DNA of 62,173 nucleotides, counting the filler, from Dirinaria sp. TL-2023a (lineage: Eukaryota), in assembly GCA_051941275.1 (NCBI GenBank). It is 6 parts of 6 records of this genome, joined end to end, with 100 filler letters (N's around TTAATTAATTAA, not from the genome) between each part and the next. Parts side by side here need not be neighbours in the genome. Positions count along the whole stretch, not along the records: positions 1 to 10,310 come from JAVEBF010000952.1; positions 10,411 to 20,709 come from JAVEBF010000953.1; 4 more parts are not named here. One strand, 5' to 3'. Under the pieces are notes generated by a model. The model was not told the origin of the DNA. It was given only the letters and a program-made list of their open reading frames with translations, and searched no databases. Below, piece after piece: positions 1-11,582 of this stretch (position 1 is the first letter of the stretch; each line of letters starts with the position of its first letter). The translations under genes and the position numbers were made by a program.

Positions 1-759
1 GTAGTAAGGTAAGATAAACGTTGAAAAAGAAACCTTTTGAGAGGGGGGGAAGTCATCGTTGCGCGATCTCGATTTCGTGATCGAAGGCTTCCGTTTGGGG
101 AAGGATGCTATCGGGGCGCTCGCGAAGGCTGGTCAAAAACAAAAATGGCTTTTTGGATTGGGGGCAAAAAAATAAAAAACATAAAAAAGGAAAAAGTAGA
201 CTCGCTGATACGCGGCGTCCACTACCTCTGGCACCTTACCTTATCCATCGAAACACATCCTTCCACTTTCGTGCATTCGGTCTCCAGAGAGGGTTAGGTT
301 TCCTGGTTCGTGTCTTTAGGAGACCCACGCACACACACACCATGCACACCATCCAGATCCTCCGAGGTTACCTTGAGTGCACCGGTTTCTTCAACCGTAT
401 AAGGTTTTCGGAGACGTTTGGGCCAGATCGAACCGGTTACAGAGGCAGGAACTCGCTGATATGAGTCATACCTCTGAGAGAGGGGGAGTTCTCCACATGT
501 AATATCCAGAAGGGGAAAGGCGAGGGGAATGTTGGTGGGGTGGCAAAGAACTGTTGTTGTAAGGTAAGCTGCTAGTCTGTCAAGGAGGTAGCCCACCGTG
601 ACTCCTTCACCGTCGTAGACGCTCAAAAATTCCCTTCTTTTCTTTTTTGTTTCCTCTCCAGACTTGCCGGTAGGATATGGATGGATCTTTCATTGCCAAG
701 AAACGTGGCTGCAACATTTTCTTCAAATTCTGGGATCGTACAAATCTGTGGCTGACACA

Positions 760-1180
760 GTGTTTCCCGGGGTTGAAAAGTCAGATCCTGAGAAACTCCG
801 GGTCGGACAGATTCTTCTAGAGGAAAAACCCGTTGTCAAACAGGGTTCACCTTCTTCTTGAGTTTCATTTGGCACTGGGTATGGCTTCGCAGCTTTCAAT
901 AAGGCACTGCGGGATCATAGATAAAGTTTGGCATATCCGCGAGCTGTTAGTCGGTCTGTTCCATCGTTTCCAGGGGCGAAAATTCAAATTGCATGAAACC
1001 CGGGCGGAACAGAGGCTTTTCTAGAAGATAAAGCCGTTGCAGAACAAGGCTGTACCTTCTTGTTGAGTTTCATTTGACGTTGGACGTGGGGCCTCGCAAC
1101 CTTTTGTCGACGATGAGCTAGGTACTGCGGGATCATAAGGCAGGTAAGGTAACGTTCGGCATATCGGTGAGATGTGCGTC
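760..1180. repeat. Diverged tandem duplication, two ~205-bp units
   Basis: Colinear shared blocks: GAGTTTCATTT at 860 and 1065, ACTGCGGGATCATA at 906 and 1124, GGCATATC at 930 and 1158, and GTTTCCNGGGG near 762 and 966. Confidence 0.8.
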
Positions 1181-2799
1181 TGTCCCAACCCAAAAGAAAA
1201 AGGAAAAGAACAGAAAAGGAAATTGTGTTTTTTTGCGTACCTACAACGATGGGAGACTCTGCTTATTCCCGTGTTATTGAATTGAATTGAGCTCTCTGGT
1301 GTCAATTCGCTGACTTTCGTTGTGCGTTTCCCTTAGCAGGGAAACACATTACATTACATGTATTTGTAAGAGCAAAATATGAGCATCCCTCTTTCTCGCA
1401 AAAGCTCTTCATGCTGTTGAAGTGGCAAACACACGCCCAGCTAGCTACCGTCAGCTCAAGATCCGGTACCACGTAAAGACCCAAAAATCGATTTTTGCAA
1501 CGGAAAGAATGACGAGAATTAGTATCATCTTTGGAATTCTTGAAATTTTGCATTTGTTGGGGTAATGATCATGAGAGGACGTTTTGCTTTCAAAGCTAAT
1601 GCAGCGAACGATGGTAGCATAAAGTATGGGATTCGGACGGGGGGAGAAAAGAAGGTTGCGGGAGAAGCCACTACTGCGGGGAATGTCTTGTTCGAGAAGA
1701 AGGCAAATAACGTAACCGTTCGTTCGGTTGGATTTCGAGAGAGTGAAATAGATCCCGTTTGGAAGAGAGGAGCGATGAGAGGAATAGGACCTTGTTGAGA
1801 ACGATGAAACCGATAATTCAATGTTTCACAAAGCCCATCAAGAAAGGAGAGGCAGGGCACCTCCCTACCGCTGCTGCAGGGATAGGATTGGCAGTAACTA
1901 CAAAGTTCAGGTGAGCATGTCGTTCTTGCGTATGCAATCTCAATGATAGCTCGCTTTCACGGCGCGTCACACCGCGCCAGCTTTGGCAAGTAGGTGGTTT
2001 GTGTAAGGCATGGTAGGTGTGCTCAAAAATCAGGTACCGAGCTACCTTAAGGTAGCTTAGCTTACTTTTAAGCGAGCTTAGCGCTCGCTTTTGTCTTGTA
2101 ATCGAGGTTATAGTCTCAAGTCATCAACCCAACTCCATCGTCTAGTTCCCAAACATCAATGCTTTTCTCTGGAGTCCATAGAAGTAAGATTGAAACGGTT
2201 GCTACCCCGCCCCGCTCCGCTCCGCCGCTCCTCCCGCTCCCTCAGTGGCTGCAAACCAACACATAGATGCTCAAGTAAGATATGTCTTCAACACAACAGC
2301 TCCTTTTTGCCCTACTATTGTCACACTCGCTCGGTCCTATTTAAAGTACTTTGCCACATTTTTCCGCGCTTAGAGATAGGCGTGCAATTCATTTGGGCTC
2401 TGCCTATTGTACATGAAACTGCTTGAACACTCTCCTTTGTAGTTTCTCCTATTGTAGTATCAGTGAATACAGCTCTGCCTTGGGAAACCCCAACCCAACC
2501 CCCTTTCCATATTGTGATTCACCGAACGAACAATAGAACCTGAAACGAAAAGGCTCCACAAGTCCATCAATCCTATTGTCAAGGACGCTATGGAAACTTA
2601 TATTGTGGTTTGGGTGGCTGGCTGGCAGCCAGCATGCGCAGGTATAAATTGCTCCTCCTTCATGGACATCTTCGACTTCTTCTTCTTTTTCCTCATACTC
2701 TGTTACATCTTCCATCTATCTTGCTCAGTACAACGTGCTTCGACCTCTACATTTACTTTCTCCAATTCTTCCTACTCCTCTGTATCGCCGAGTGATCTG

Positions 2800-3290
2800 G
2801 TATCGCTACGCATACGGATTATTATTAGTGTCTTCTCTACCAACCTTCCCACAATCCGCTTTCGCCTTGGACGGTGCGTACCTTTTGGACCCAGAGACTT
2901 CGTCTGCAATCCGGCATTGCAACGACCGTCCGATACCCGCATCTTCTATATCCCTACAACTGTACCACTTCTTCCGCTACGCATACTGAATACTACCTTC
3001 TCTGGACTTCGAAAATCCACCATCCCTTTGGACATTGTGTACCTTTTGGACTCAGAAACTTCGTCTGCAATCCGGCATTGCAACGACCGTCCGATACCCG
3101 CACCTTCTATATCCCTACAACTGTACCACTTCTTTCACCACGCATACAGAGGATTGACTTCCCTGGATTTCGACAATCTGCCATCGCTTTGGGTATTGTA
3201 AACCTCTTGGATTCAAGACCATCGTCTGCAATCGGGCATTGCAGAGACCATTCAATATCCGCACCTTCCATATCCCCACAACTGTACTAT
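2800..3290. repeat. 161-bp tandem repeat, three copies plus a partial copy
   Basis: CGTCTGCAATC recurs at 2901, 3062 and 3223. Flanks such as CCTTTTGGAC and ATATCCCTACAACTGTAC also repeat. The period is not a multiple of 3. Confidence 0.93.
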
Positions 3291-3387
3291 ATCATTGTAC
3301 TGCTACCGCCCTCAGACTTCTGGCGCGTGGCTTGTTTAAATAACAGTAGCATCGACTTAAATCAACCTCAACAGCAACGCAACCATC

Positions 3388-4884
3388 ATGGCAGCCAGAC
3401 AAGGAAATCGGAAGGACATCGACGGAGCGAGTCTCCATACAGACGACACGGATGTGGAGTCGTATTATACTGATGCAGGTGAAGCGCCTGAATGTCACGA
3501 TTCAGCGTCTCCGGAACCCGCTTCCTCGTGCAACGCATGCGACAGACCGGACGATGACTGGATGATCCAATGTGAGCGCCCGGCACACGACGAAAACGAA
3601 GGCTGGTACCACTATAGCTGCGCAGGCGTGACCGAAAACGCACTACCAGATGACTGGTTCTGCCCTCTGTGTAGACCCCGCTGCCAATTTCTTAACGTTT
3701 CCGGCCGGCCCACCGTTGGCGGCAAAGGCATTGCATTACCTAGCAAAGCCGAGCTCGAGCCAAGTGGAGACACTTCGGATGCAGACGAAGAAATTAACGG
3801 CAATAACAAGAAACAAGAGACTCTCAGCGATGACTATCCAAAGGCCTCACAGAATGCGCAGGAAGCCAGTACTTCGCCAACGCTGCCGACACCCGCCAGA
3901 TCTTCAGTAGAAACGGATAGCGCATCAGAGTCAGAATACGAACCAGAGACAACCAAGAAAGCCAACGGCAACAAGAAGAAAGGAGTCGCTGCCAGCCGTC
4001 AACATCCGAAGACATCACACAATGCGCAGCGAGCCCGTTTACCAGTGGTCAGTACTGCAACAAATTCACCAACGCCCGCCAAAGCTGTACCAGAAACAAA
4101 AACTGCATCAGCTTCAGAACCAAAACCTAAAAAGGTACGAAAACGGGCCTGGGACGACGAGGTCGAATGGCAGGCTATTTATATACTCATGGCAGAAATG
4201 CTCCACAACGAGGAGACAGAGGGGTCTTGGGTTCGGACCGAGGCCAAATGGGAAGTGATAGCCAAGCGCCTCGAGGACCGATTCTTTTATGTGCGCGAGG
4301 CTGTTTCATTGAAGCTCTGGTGGGGTAGGAAAGGACGCCAGATGTTCGACCTCGACGAACGGAAGAAGCCCAACGCGACTAAGATGGTAACATCTGTGGA
4401 AGACCGTGCCAGCCGGAAGAGACGACGCGAAGAGCAAAAGCGAAAGAGGAACGATGACGATACAAGCGAATATGAATCGAGGACGAAGAAGTTTCCTCGT
4501 CACGTAGGCGTCAATCCTGATAGCGAAGGGCTCACGGACGAGCTGACGGATAATCGACCAACAAAGCATCCTAACAAGCGAAAGAGGGACGAGGATGATA
4601 CAGGCGAGCATGAACAGGGGGCGAATAAGTTTCCTCGCCACATAGATTTCAATCCTGATCGTGAAGAGCTCACGAATACGCCGATGCATAGCCAACCACT
4701 GAAGAAGACCAGCAATCGTAAGAAGCACGACGATCCTTCAAGCGTCAATCGATCTCTCATCAATCGTCACTCTCATCTCGTCAACGCCAACCCTGGCCGT
4801 GAACAATTCACGAATGAGGTGATGGGCGATCAACGAGTCAACAAGCGAAAGAGAGGAGACAAAGATTCACGTCCAATCCATTGA
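3388..4884 (+). CDS. PHD-finger and Myb/SANT-like nuclear protein, 498 aa, intronless
   Basis: PHD pattern CNAC..MIQCERPAH..GWYHYSC..WFCPLC (aa 48-95). Trp-spaced helical block KRAWDDEVE..AKWEVIAKRL..LKLWWGRKGR. KRKR NLS-like motifs. Confidence 0.85.
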   Translation: MAARQGNRKDIDGASLHTDDTDVESYYTDAGEAPECHDSASPEPASSCNACDRPDDDWMIQCERPAHDENEGWYHYSCAGVTENALPDDWFCPLCRPRCQFLNVSGRPTVGGKGIALPSKAELEPSGDTSDADEEINGNNKKQETLSDDYPKASQNAQEASTSPTLPTPARSSVETDSASESEYEPETTKKANGNKKKGVAASRQHPKTSHNAQRARLPVVSTATNSPTPAKAVPETKTASASEPKPKKVRKRAWDDEVEWQAIYILMAEMLHNEETEGSWVRTEAKWEVIAKRLEDRFFYVREAVSLKLWWGRKGRQMFDLDERKKPNATKMVTSVEDRASRKRRREEQKRKRNDDDTSEYESRTKKFPRHVGVNPDSEGLTDELTDNRPTKHPNKRKRDEDDTGEHEQGANKFPRHIDFNPDREELTNTPMHSQPLKKTSNRKKHDDPSSVNRSLINRHSHLVNANPGREQFTNEVMGDQRVNKRKRGDKDSRPIH

Positions 4885-5200
4885 TACAACTTGCCTCAGC
4901 TGAAGGTAAGCAAGGTATCTTCTGGATACCTACCTTCAGGATGTCTCGTCTGGGTGGTTTCGTTTCACTGGCGCTTGGAGCTTGGAGTCTTGGCGCTTTC
5001 CTGGGCTCAGACAGTTATTACTAAGCCAATGACGGTACCTTACATTACTTTACCTTTGTACTTCGACCTCACTTCCGTCTTTCGCTCAGTGCGCTTTGCC
5101 GGACTCTACTAGCCCATATCACACATCTGGATCACAAAATCCTCACACTGATCTTGTATATCACTTTTCTACTTCCAGCCTACAAATTTCCCACCCGGTT

Positions 5201-6723
5201 ATGGAAGTATCCTACCCTCCCGGTCTACCGGCCATGAATCTCGACCATAACACCACTGCCATGGCGGACGAGATGGACATTGACATAAGCATTGACCTGG
5301 ATCCGCTTGGCGACGGTCAGCCCTTTCAATCTGTAAGCGCACCTCAATCACCTCTGCTGGCAGCTCTTAACAATTCTCTTCACAGGGTATTGATCAGCCA
5401 AATCTCACTATCGCACAAACACAAGGAAGCGGGCATACCCCACTCGACCCGGGCCAGACCACTCAGGGCGATGTGACAACCCACAAAATTCACATTCGAG
5501 GTCTTGATGACCTTACCACGAACGACATCACAGAGTACGTTGCAGAACATTACTCGTCACACACCCCTTCTCGCATTGAGTGGATTGATGATACCTCCGC
5601 CAACATCGTTTTCGACTCTCCCGCAATCGCGCTTGAAGCGCTCGAACGGCTCGATTTCCACGGATTAAATGAATTCTCAGCTCAAGACCTGCAACTCCGC
5701 CCCGCGAAACCATACTCGAAGAGTTCCGGCGCCAATCTGCAGATCCGACTTGCGTTGACAACAGACCAGAAGCGACCTCGTGCCCACGAAGCATCTAGAT
5801 TCTACATGATGCATCCAGAGTACGATCCACGAGAACAACGGCGCAAAGAAAAATCGAAGTCCAACGACCACAATAATGGTTATCGTCGACTTAGGTACGG
5901 CCAAGATGAGCAAAGACGTCGGAGACGAAAAGATCAGGATGAGGGCTTCGATGCCACCATGTATGATGATAGTGCGCAAGCTTCGGCAGCGCGAAGTAAG
6001 GCTTCCTCAAACAGGCGACGTTCGATGCAATCCAGTCTTTCCTCAGATGACGCAGTTAGTCCGCGAGACCGACGCCCAAAGAGGGGCGGCGATTATTTCA
6101 GACCCAGAGACCGAGGTCGAAGTGCATCCCCAGACAAAGACGACGGACGCGACACTCGTCGAAGAAGCCCGCTCGCCGATTATTCTCGCCATTCGAATGG
6201 CAATAGCGGCAAAGAGCTTTTCCCCTCAAAACCCGCGCCGAACACCGCGCTCACTGCAGGCAGTGCGCAGGAGCTATTCCCACATAAGAAGCTCGCAGCA
6301 AACCTCAAGAAAGAGCTCTTTCCGACGAAAAATCACGCCATTCATCATCGCCGTTCAGATGCAATTGATGCCGCGGATGCGACAGCAGATTTATTCGCTC
6401 ACCGCCTCGCGTTCACTAAAACGCAGGATGCCATTGGAAGTGCCTCTGAAACCTCGCTCTTCAATGGGCGGCTGAAACCGAACTCTCACTCAGAATCCTC
6501 GGGCGTCGATGAATCAGCCACAGACGATCTCAGTATTCGCGGTGCTTCGAGACAAAACCAGAAATTCTCGATCGGAGGTTTCACTACCGATGGTACTCCC
6601 GTCGGTGCTGTTAGGGAGCTCTTCCCGGATAAGGCAGGAACGAACGCAGGCAAAGAGTTGTTCGCCGAAAAATTGCAGGGTAGGGGTGGGAAAAGGAACA
6701 GAGCAGCAGACATGTTCTACTAG
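5201..6723 (+). CDS. Nuclear cap-binding protein subunit 3 (NCBP3/DUF2414)-like protein, two exons, start codon uncertain (5201, 5234 or 5261)
   Basis: RRM-like KIHIRGLDDLTT..RIEWIDDTSANIVF, RAHEASRFY and repeated KELFP motifs. Phase-0 intron 5333-5385 (GTAAGC..CACAG) joins the MDIDISIDL exon in frame. Confidence 0.85.
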
Positions 6724-7302
6724 GATGGAAAGTGACATTGCGATCTGCTCTTGCGTTTGCAGTCGCAGCATAGCATCTACGGCTTCTGAGATGATGGCAA
6801 TCTAAAGTACTCAAGGAAAGCTTAAGTTCTCTCCACTCGCTTTCCACAATCGGACCTCCTGTGTTCGGGCACTGCTTCCTTCCAACTCCTTGAACCTTGG
6901 GCAACATTTCTGTCACCAAGCGCCGACAGTACCTGTGCTTAGATTTATCACATGAATAGCGTGGCGTTTGCTAGGTTTGATTTTTGCATAGATACCAATC
7001 TGAAGCTGAAAAAGCTAAATGAAATATGCATCTTACATTAATTTACATTAGACTCATAATTACCATTGCAGTGCTCAAGTGCGATTTTCCAGGGTTGTCA
7101 CAGGATACCCAATTGAAAAAGGTAGTTGTACTCATCCCTACATTACTTTCTATGACGACGTTCAGGCCGCGGACCTCGGCATCCCAGGTCCCAAGCTACG
7201 GTACGTTAAGTACTTCGCGAACAACCATTATGCGGAGCTCATTCATATACTCTATAATTATAAGTATGCTTCTGCCGCCTGGTGTGAGAACACGTCCATG
7301 AA

Positions 7303-8599
7303 ATGGCCGGCCCCGTGCGGCAGCCGATCGATATATCTTCCCTATCCAGGTACCTCGAGGAACATGTACCAGAGATAGCTTTGCCGGTTACAATCCAGCA
7401 GGTATTGCTCCAGCCACAGATATATCCCTTCATTGGGCTGATTTTGAAGCTTCCAGTTTGGCTACGGTCAATCCAATCCGACCTACCAAGTCACAGCCCG
7501 AGATGGCCATCGATACGTGCTTCGCAAGAAGCCCCCGGGAAAGCTCCTGTCGAAGACGGCGCACCAAGTGGAGCGCGAGTACCGGGTGATTCACGGATTG
7601 CAAAACACCAACGTCCCGGTTCCGCGAGCGTACTGTCTCTGCGAAGACAGTGCCGTAATAGGAACATCGTTCTACATTATGGAATTCCTGGACGGCCGGA
7701 TATTCGAAGACCCGTCAATTCCCCACGTCACTACAGAAGAGCGGGAACAGATGTGAGGATAATCGCTGTCCCAATCTACAGCTTCAATTCATTTACAATT
7801 GACAGGTGGCGTGAGGCCGTGCGCACTCTGGCAAAGCTCCACCAAGTCGTGCCGAGCCAACACGGGCTTTCCGATTTCGGAAAGCATGACGGGTTCTACA
7901 ACCGTCAGATTAAGACGCTCAGTACTATTTCAGCTTCACAAGCTCGGGTTGTAGATATAGATTCAAAGGCACCAGTGGGCAACATTCCGCATTTTGATGA
8001 CATGGTCTCCTTCTTCCGAAACCCAGCGACGCAACCTGATGACAGAGCTTGTGTGATCCACGGTGATTACAAGATTGACAACTTGGTTTTCCACAAGACT
8101 GAACCCAGAGTCATTGGCATCTTAGAGTGAGTCTCTGATCGTCCATGCCGCTCTTCCCGCTTTGCATGTGCTCATCCCGGCCTATACTTGTAGCTGGGAG
8201 ATGTCGACTATTGGCCACCCCCTCTCAGATCTTTCCAACTTACTTTCCCCTTACGCGTTTGCACTTCAACCTTCGTCCAGCGACCTTGATTCTCGGATGA
8301 ATCCCGCTTTCGCTCCATCAGCTTCCAGTCCGGGTTTGCCCACACGTTCACAATGCATTGATTGGTACGCTGAGGTGACGGGATGGAATCCACAGGCAGA
8401 TTTACGTTGGGGCGACTCATTCAACGTCTTCCGAAACAGCGTCATCATGCAAGGTATCGCAGCGAGATACGCTTTGCGACAGGCCAGTAGTGAGAAGGCC
8501 AAGGAGTACGCAGCGCAGATGGGCCCTTTTGGATACTTTGCGTGGGACTTACTCCAGCGGTTCAAGGAAGAAGATGGCATGAGCAGAGCGAAGCTGTGA
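7303..8599 (+). CDS. Aminoglycoside-phosphotransferase-family protein (ACAD10/11 N-terminal-like), four exons
   Basis: [10 protein letters not shown], then after intron 7402-7456 [71 protein letters not shown] and [14 protein letters not shown]. Confidence 0.92.
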
Positions 8600-9231
8600 C
8601 TGGAACATGGACGAAAGCGTTATACGCGTTTCCAGCCTGTTGCAGTCATGATATTAGCGGAGGCTGCCAATGACGTCGCAGCACAATGCTGCAACCCCAC
8701 TGACCAGACACAGAATGCTATGGATCCTATGATTGTGAAGCAGCGTGTTGCACTGCAGAGCAGAGATAGCACAAGCATTGTGCTATAGGGCAGCTTGGCT
8801 TGAGTTGGGGACCTTTCTTGAAGGCACGTAGATTAGAGTTAGGGAGGTCGCAGCTCGAGCAAGAGAGAACGTAATGGGCATCTTAGTAATGATCCAGGCT
8901 ATCTTTCGCTTGCTACTGCCTTTTGAGCAAGCGTCGACGGGATCTGAGGCGGAATCCAGCAACGGGGCCAGTCGTAAGCGAGTTGGCCACTGGATTTCTT
9001 GGAAGCAGGATGCAGGCTACTGTAGTCTGTAGAGCATGGAGACACTTCGACCACGCTTTAAGCCGCAGTAGGTCAGAACGAGCGAGTGGAAAAATGATTG
9101 GGGCCCGAGTCAGCGCCAGCATGCAAAGCAAGCAGCGCACCTTCCTCACCCTGCCTGGCAGCAACTGGGATCAATTATCGTGGGCTCGGGGGGTAGGGTG
9201 GAACAAGAGGCCTCGAGACAGGAGAAGTGAG

Positions 9232-9330
9232 GTGTATGTGAGTGAGTGAGTGAGAGAGAATGAGTGTGTGTGTGAGAACAAGAGAGAGAGCGAGTGTGTG
9301 TATGTCTGTGTGTGTGTGTGTGTGTGTGTG
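9232..9330. repeat. Compound (GT)n/(GA)n/(GAGT)n microsatellite
   Basis: Directly visible GTGAGTGAGTGAGAGAGA...GTGTGTGTGTGTGTGTGTGTGTG. Confidence 0.95.
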
Positions 9331-10310
9331 CCTAACATTGCCTTGCATTTCAGATAGGGTGATGGTAAGGTATCGCCAGTGTCTACTATGTACGGTACTT
9401 TTCTCTTCCCCTCTCTTCCGTCCGCTAATAATCTGACACCAAAGACCCTATCTGTTCGCCGGGCAGGGTGGGCACGCCGCACTCGCACAAAATTTCTGTT
9501 GCGGAGAGAAGAGTCAGTCGGAGGGGATGCGTGGGGATCGCCGGGTTCCTCGGGCGGTTTATTAATTCGAGTTTCGCAAAGCGCACTGCATCTGCCAGCA
9601 ATCATCATGCCTGGCTGCCTGCGTATATCTCAGCATCAGGCGCGCACGAACGAAAGGCGGTCCTTCAGCCGCAGTCAAAGTTTCCCCCCCCCCTTTCCTC
9701 TTCCCGCCTTCCACGCCAGGCCGGTAGGAGCGAAAAAGAGAGAACAGGAAGGCAGGGCACGCAGGGCATGTAGAGAGAGACGAAGGGAAAAAGTACCTAA
9801 AGTACAAGTACCCAACACAGCCCCACCACCACCATCATCGCTACTACCACTACCACCACCACGGTCCTGATTCTTGATCCTTGCTGACTGCTCATTTTCC
9901 TTCTTTCTTTCTTCCTTCCTTCTTCATTTCCCCTCCTATGCTTTTGGTTCCTTTTTTCTCTATTATTGCGACATCGTTGCCCCCAAAAGGACTCCGGGGG
10001 ACCGAGTCACTTGGAGAAGGTGCTTTACTACTGTACTTCTAAACGGAGCCCCTCGGTCGACCTTGGTTTTGTCTGTTTGTCGCTTGGGTGGTGGGATTAA
10101 GCGATCAATCATCTCTCCATCGGGGTCATCCATTCATAATCATCGCGCAAATAAACTTCTAAGCCTCACAAGAGGCTCCGGGGACGGGGACTGGGAAAAA
10201 CTGGACTAGCCTCCACCAGCCTCAATCGGGTTCGCCGGTTCGCCCTTTACCAGTGAGCATCACCCTTAAGTTCTTAACCCCTCCTCGAGTCCTTCCCCCC
10301 CCCCCCTCTC

Positions 10311-10410
10311 NNNNNNNNNNNNNNNNNNNNNNNNNNNNNNNNNNNNNNNNNNNNTTAATTAATTAANNNNNNNNNNNNNNNNNNNNNNNNNNNNNNNNNN
10401 NNNNNNNNNN
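10311..10410. other. Artificial contig spacer N44-TTAATTAATTAA-N44
   Basis: The 12-mer gives stops in all six frames. The same 100-bp spacer occurs five times. Confidence 0.99.
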
Positions 10411-11582
10411 TCGTTAAAGAAGGGAGGTTTTATACACTTAAGATCATTAAGAAATCTTGATACGAACTCTCTTACAAAAGGTAAGAGCACAAGTAACGGT
10501 GAAAGAAGCGCAAGTTAGGGCTCATATCCTGGAGGAACGGGATACAATTGCAAGGCGAGCATAGCTAGAGGATTTCGTAAAGTATGCAGAAGACAACAGA
10601 GAAATAGAGACTTTGCGTCCATCTCCAAGAATGGAGATGGAACTTGTCAATCAGTGCGAGCTACATCCGGCACAGCAATTTTAGCGCCGCAGTGAGAGAC
10701 CGAAAAGAGCTGTGTAAGACACGGTGCATTCGATGGTCTGAGCTAGATGCATGTGCGACCGAGGAAGAGGATCCTGAATCCTCCGAGCGATGAACGAGCA
10801 AGTCTTGAGAGTAAGTGCGGAAAGTGATTACCAGGATTGGGGAGGGGGAGAAGAATGGCTCATCACGTGATTACATGCAGAGGCGTTGTGTCACGGCCCG
10901 ACAATCCAGAAGATGAGCATCCGAGGCATCCGAGGCATCCTCGAACGATAAGGTAGGAGTGTCGGCCCGAGGGGCCCCGGGGGCTGCCGGCCTTTCCCCT
11001 TTGAAGGGCAATAGTGAGGCGTAACGACAGAGCTACTGAGCGCCATGCGACAGTCCCAGCTACGTGTACAAGGAGCTGTGAATCGTATGTGAGTGTCCTG
11101 ATCGTCGTTCGGCTAGAGTACGAGAGGCAAAGTCTGGGTGTATAGAGGAGAGGATTACCGAGAAAGAGATATAAATGCAGAGAATGACACTTATCGTCCA
11201 TGGCCTGGTCGTCAACATCATGTCATCCGTACTGTTCACGAAGACGGCAGCAGATGCTTCATTGCTATCTATTTAGCTTTGACCTAATGTCCTAAGGGAT
11301 TCGCGTTCGAAGTTGTAACACCTAAACGTGTTGTAAGGGATGGGAAGAACCGCACCAGAACCCGTATTAGAAGTCACCACTTCCCAACCTATCATGGCTG
11401 TAGGAGGACCGTATCCTCACCGACCCTAATCACCTATTGCTCGCTGTTCCATATCGGCAGGCGTCATGAGCTGGCTTGACGTACAGAGCGGCTGGGCACT
11501 TGTAAGTAGTGCAATTGTCAGAGGAGGCTACTTGAGCTCTTAGTATCGATGACTTCACTGACCTTGGCGTTCCAGATGTTCC

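Noticed and set aside
2860..3290. CRISPR-like array
   Set aside because: The whole unit repeats with no unique spacers, there are no cas genes, and the context is eukaryotic.
2590..3473. ORFs of 203 and 199 aa with repeated peptides
   Set aside because: By-product of the 161-bp array. The same peptide shifts frame in each copy.
8788..8862. tRNA-like start (GGGCAGCTTGGCTTGAGTTGG, A-box-like)
   Set aside because: No GTTCGA T-loop and no pairing acceptor stem.
8913..10209. Several 80-160 aa ORFs
   Set aside because: They run through microsatellite and pyrimidine/purine tracts. The region looks like promoter or 5'UTR of a gene lost beyond the contig end.
10355..10366. TTAATTAATTAA recurring about every 10.3 kb, as a possible biological repeat
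   Set aside because: Always centred in 44+44 Ns. It is a six-frame-stop linker added in silico.
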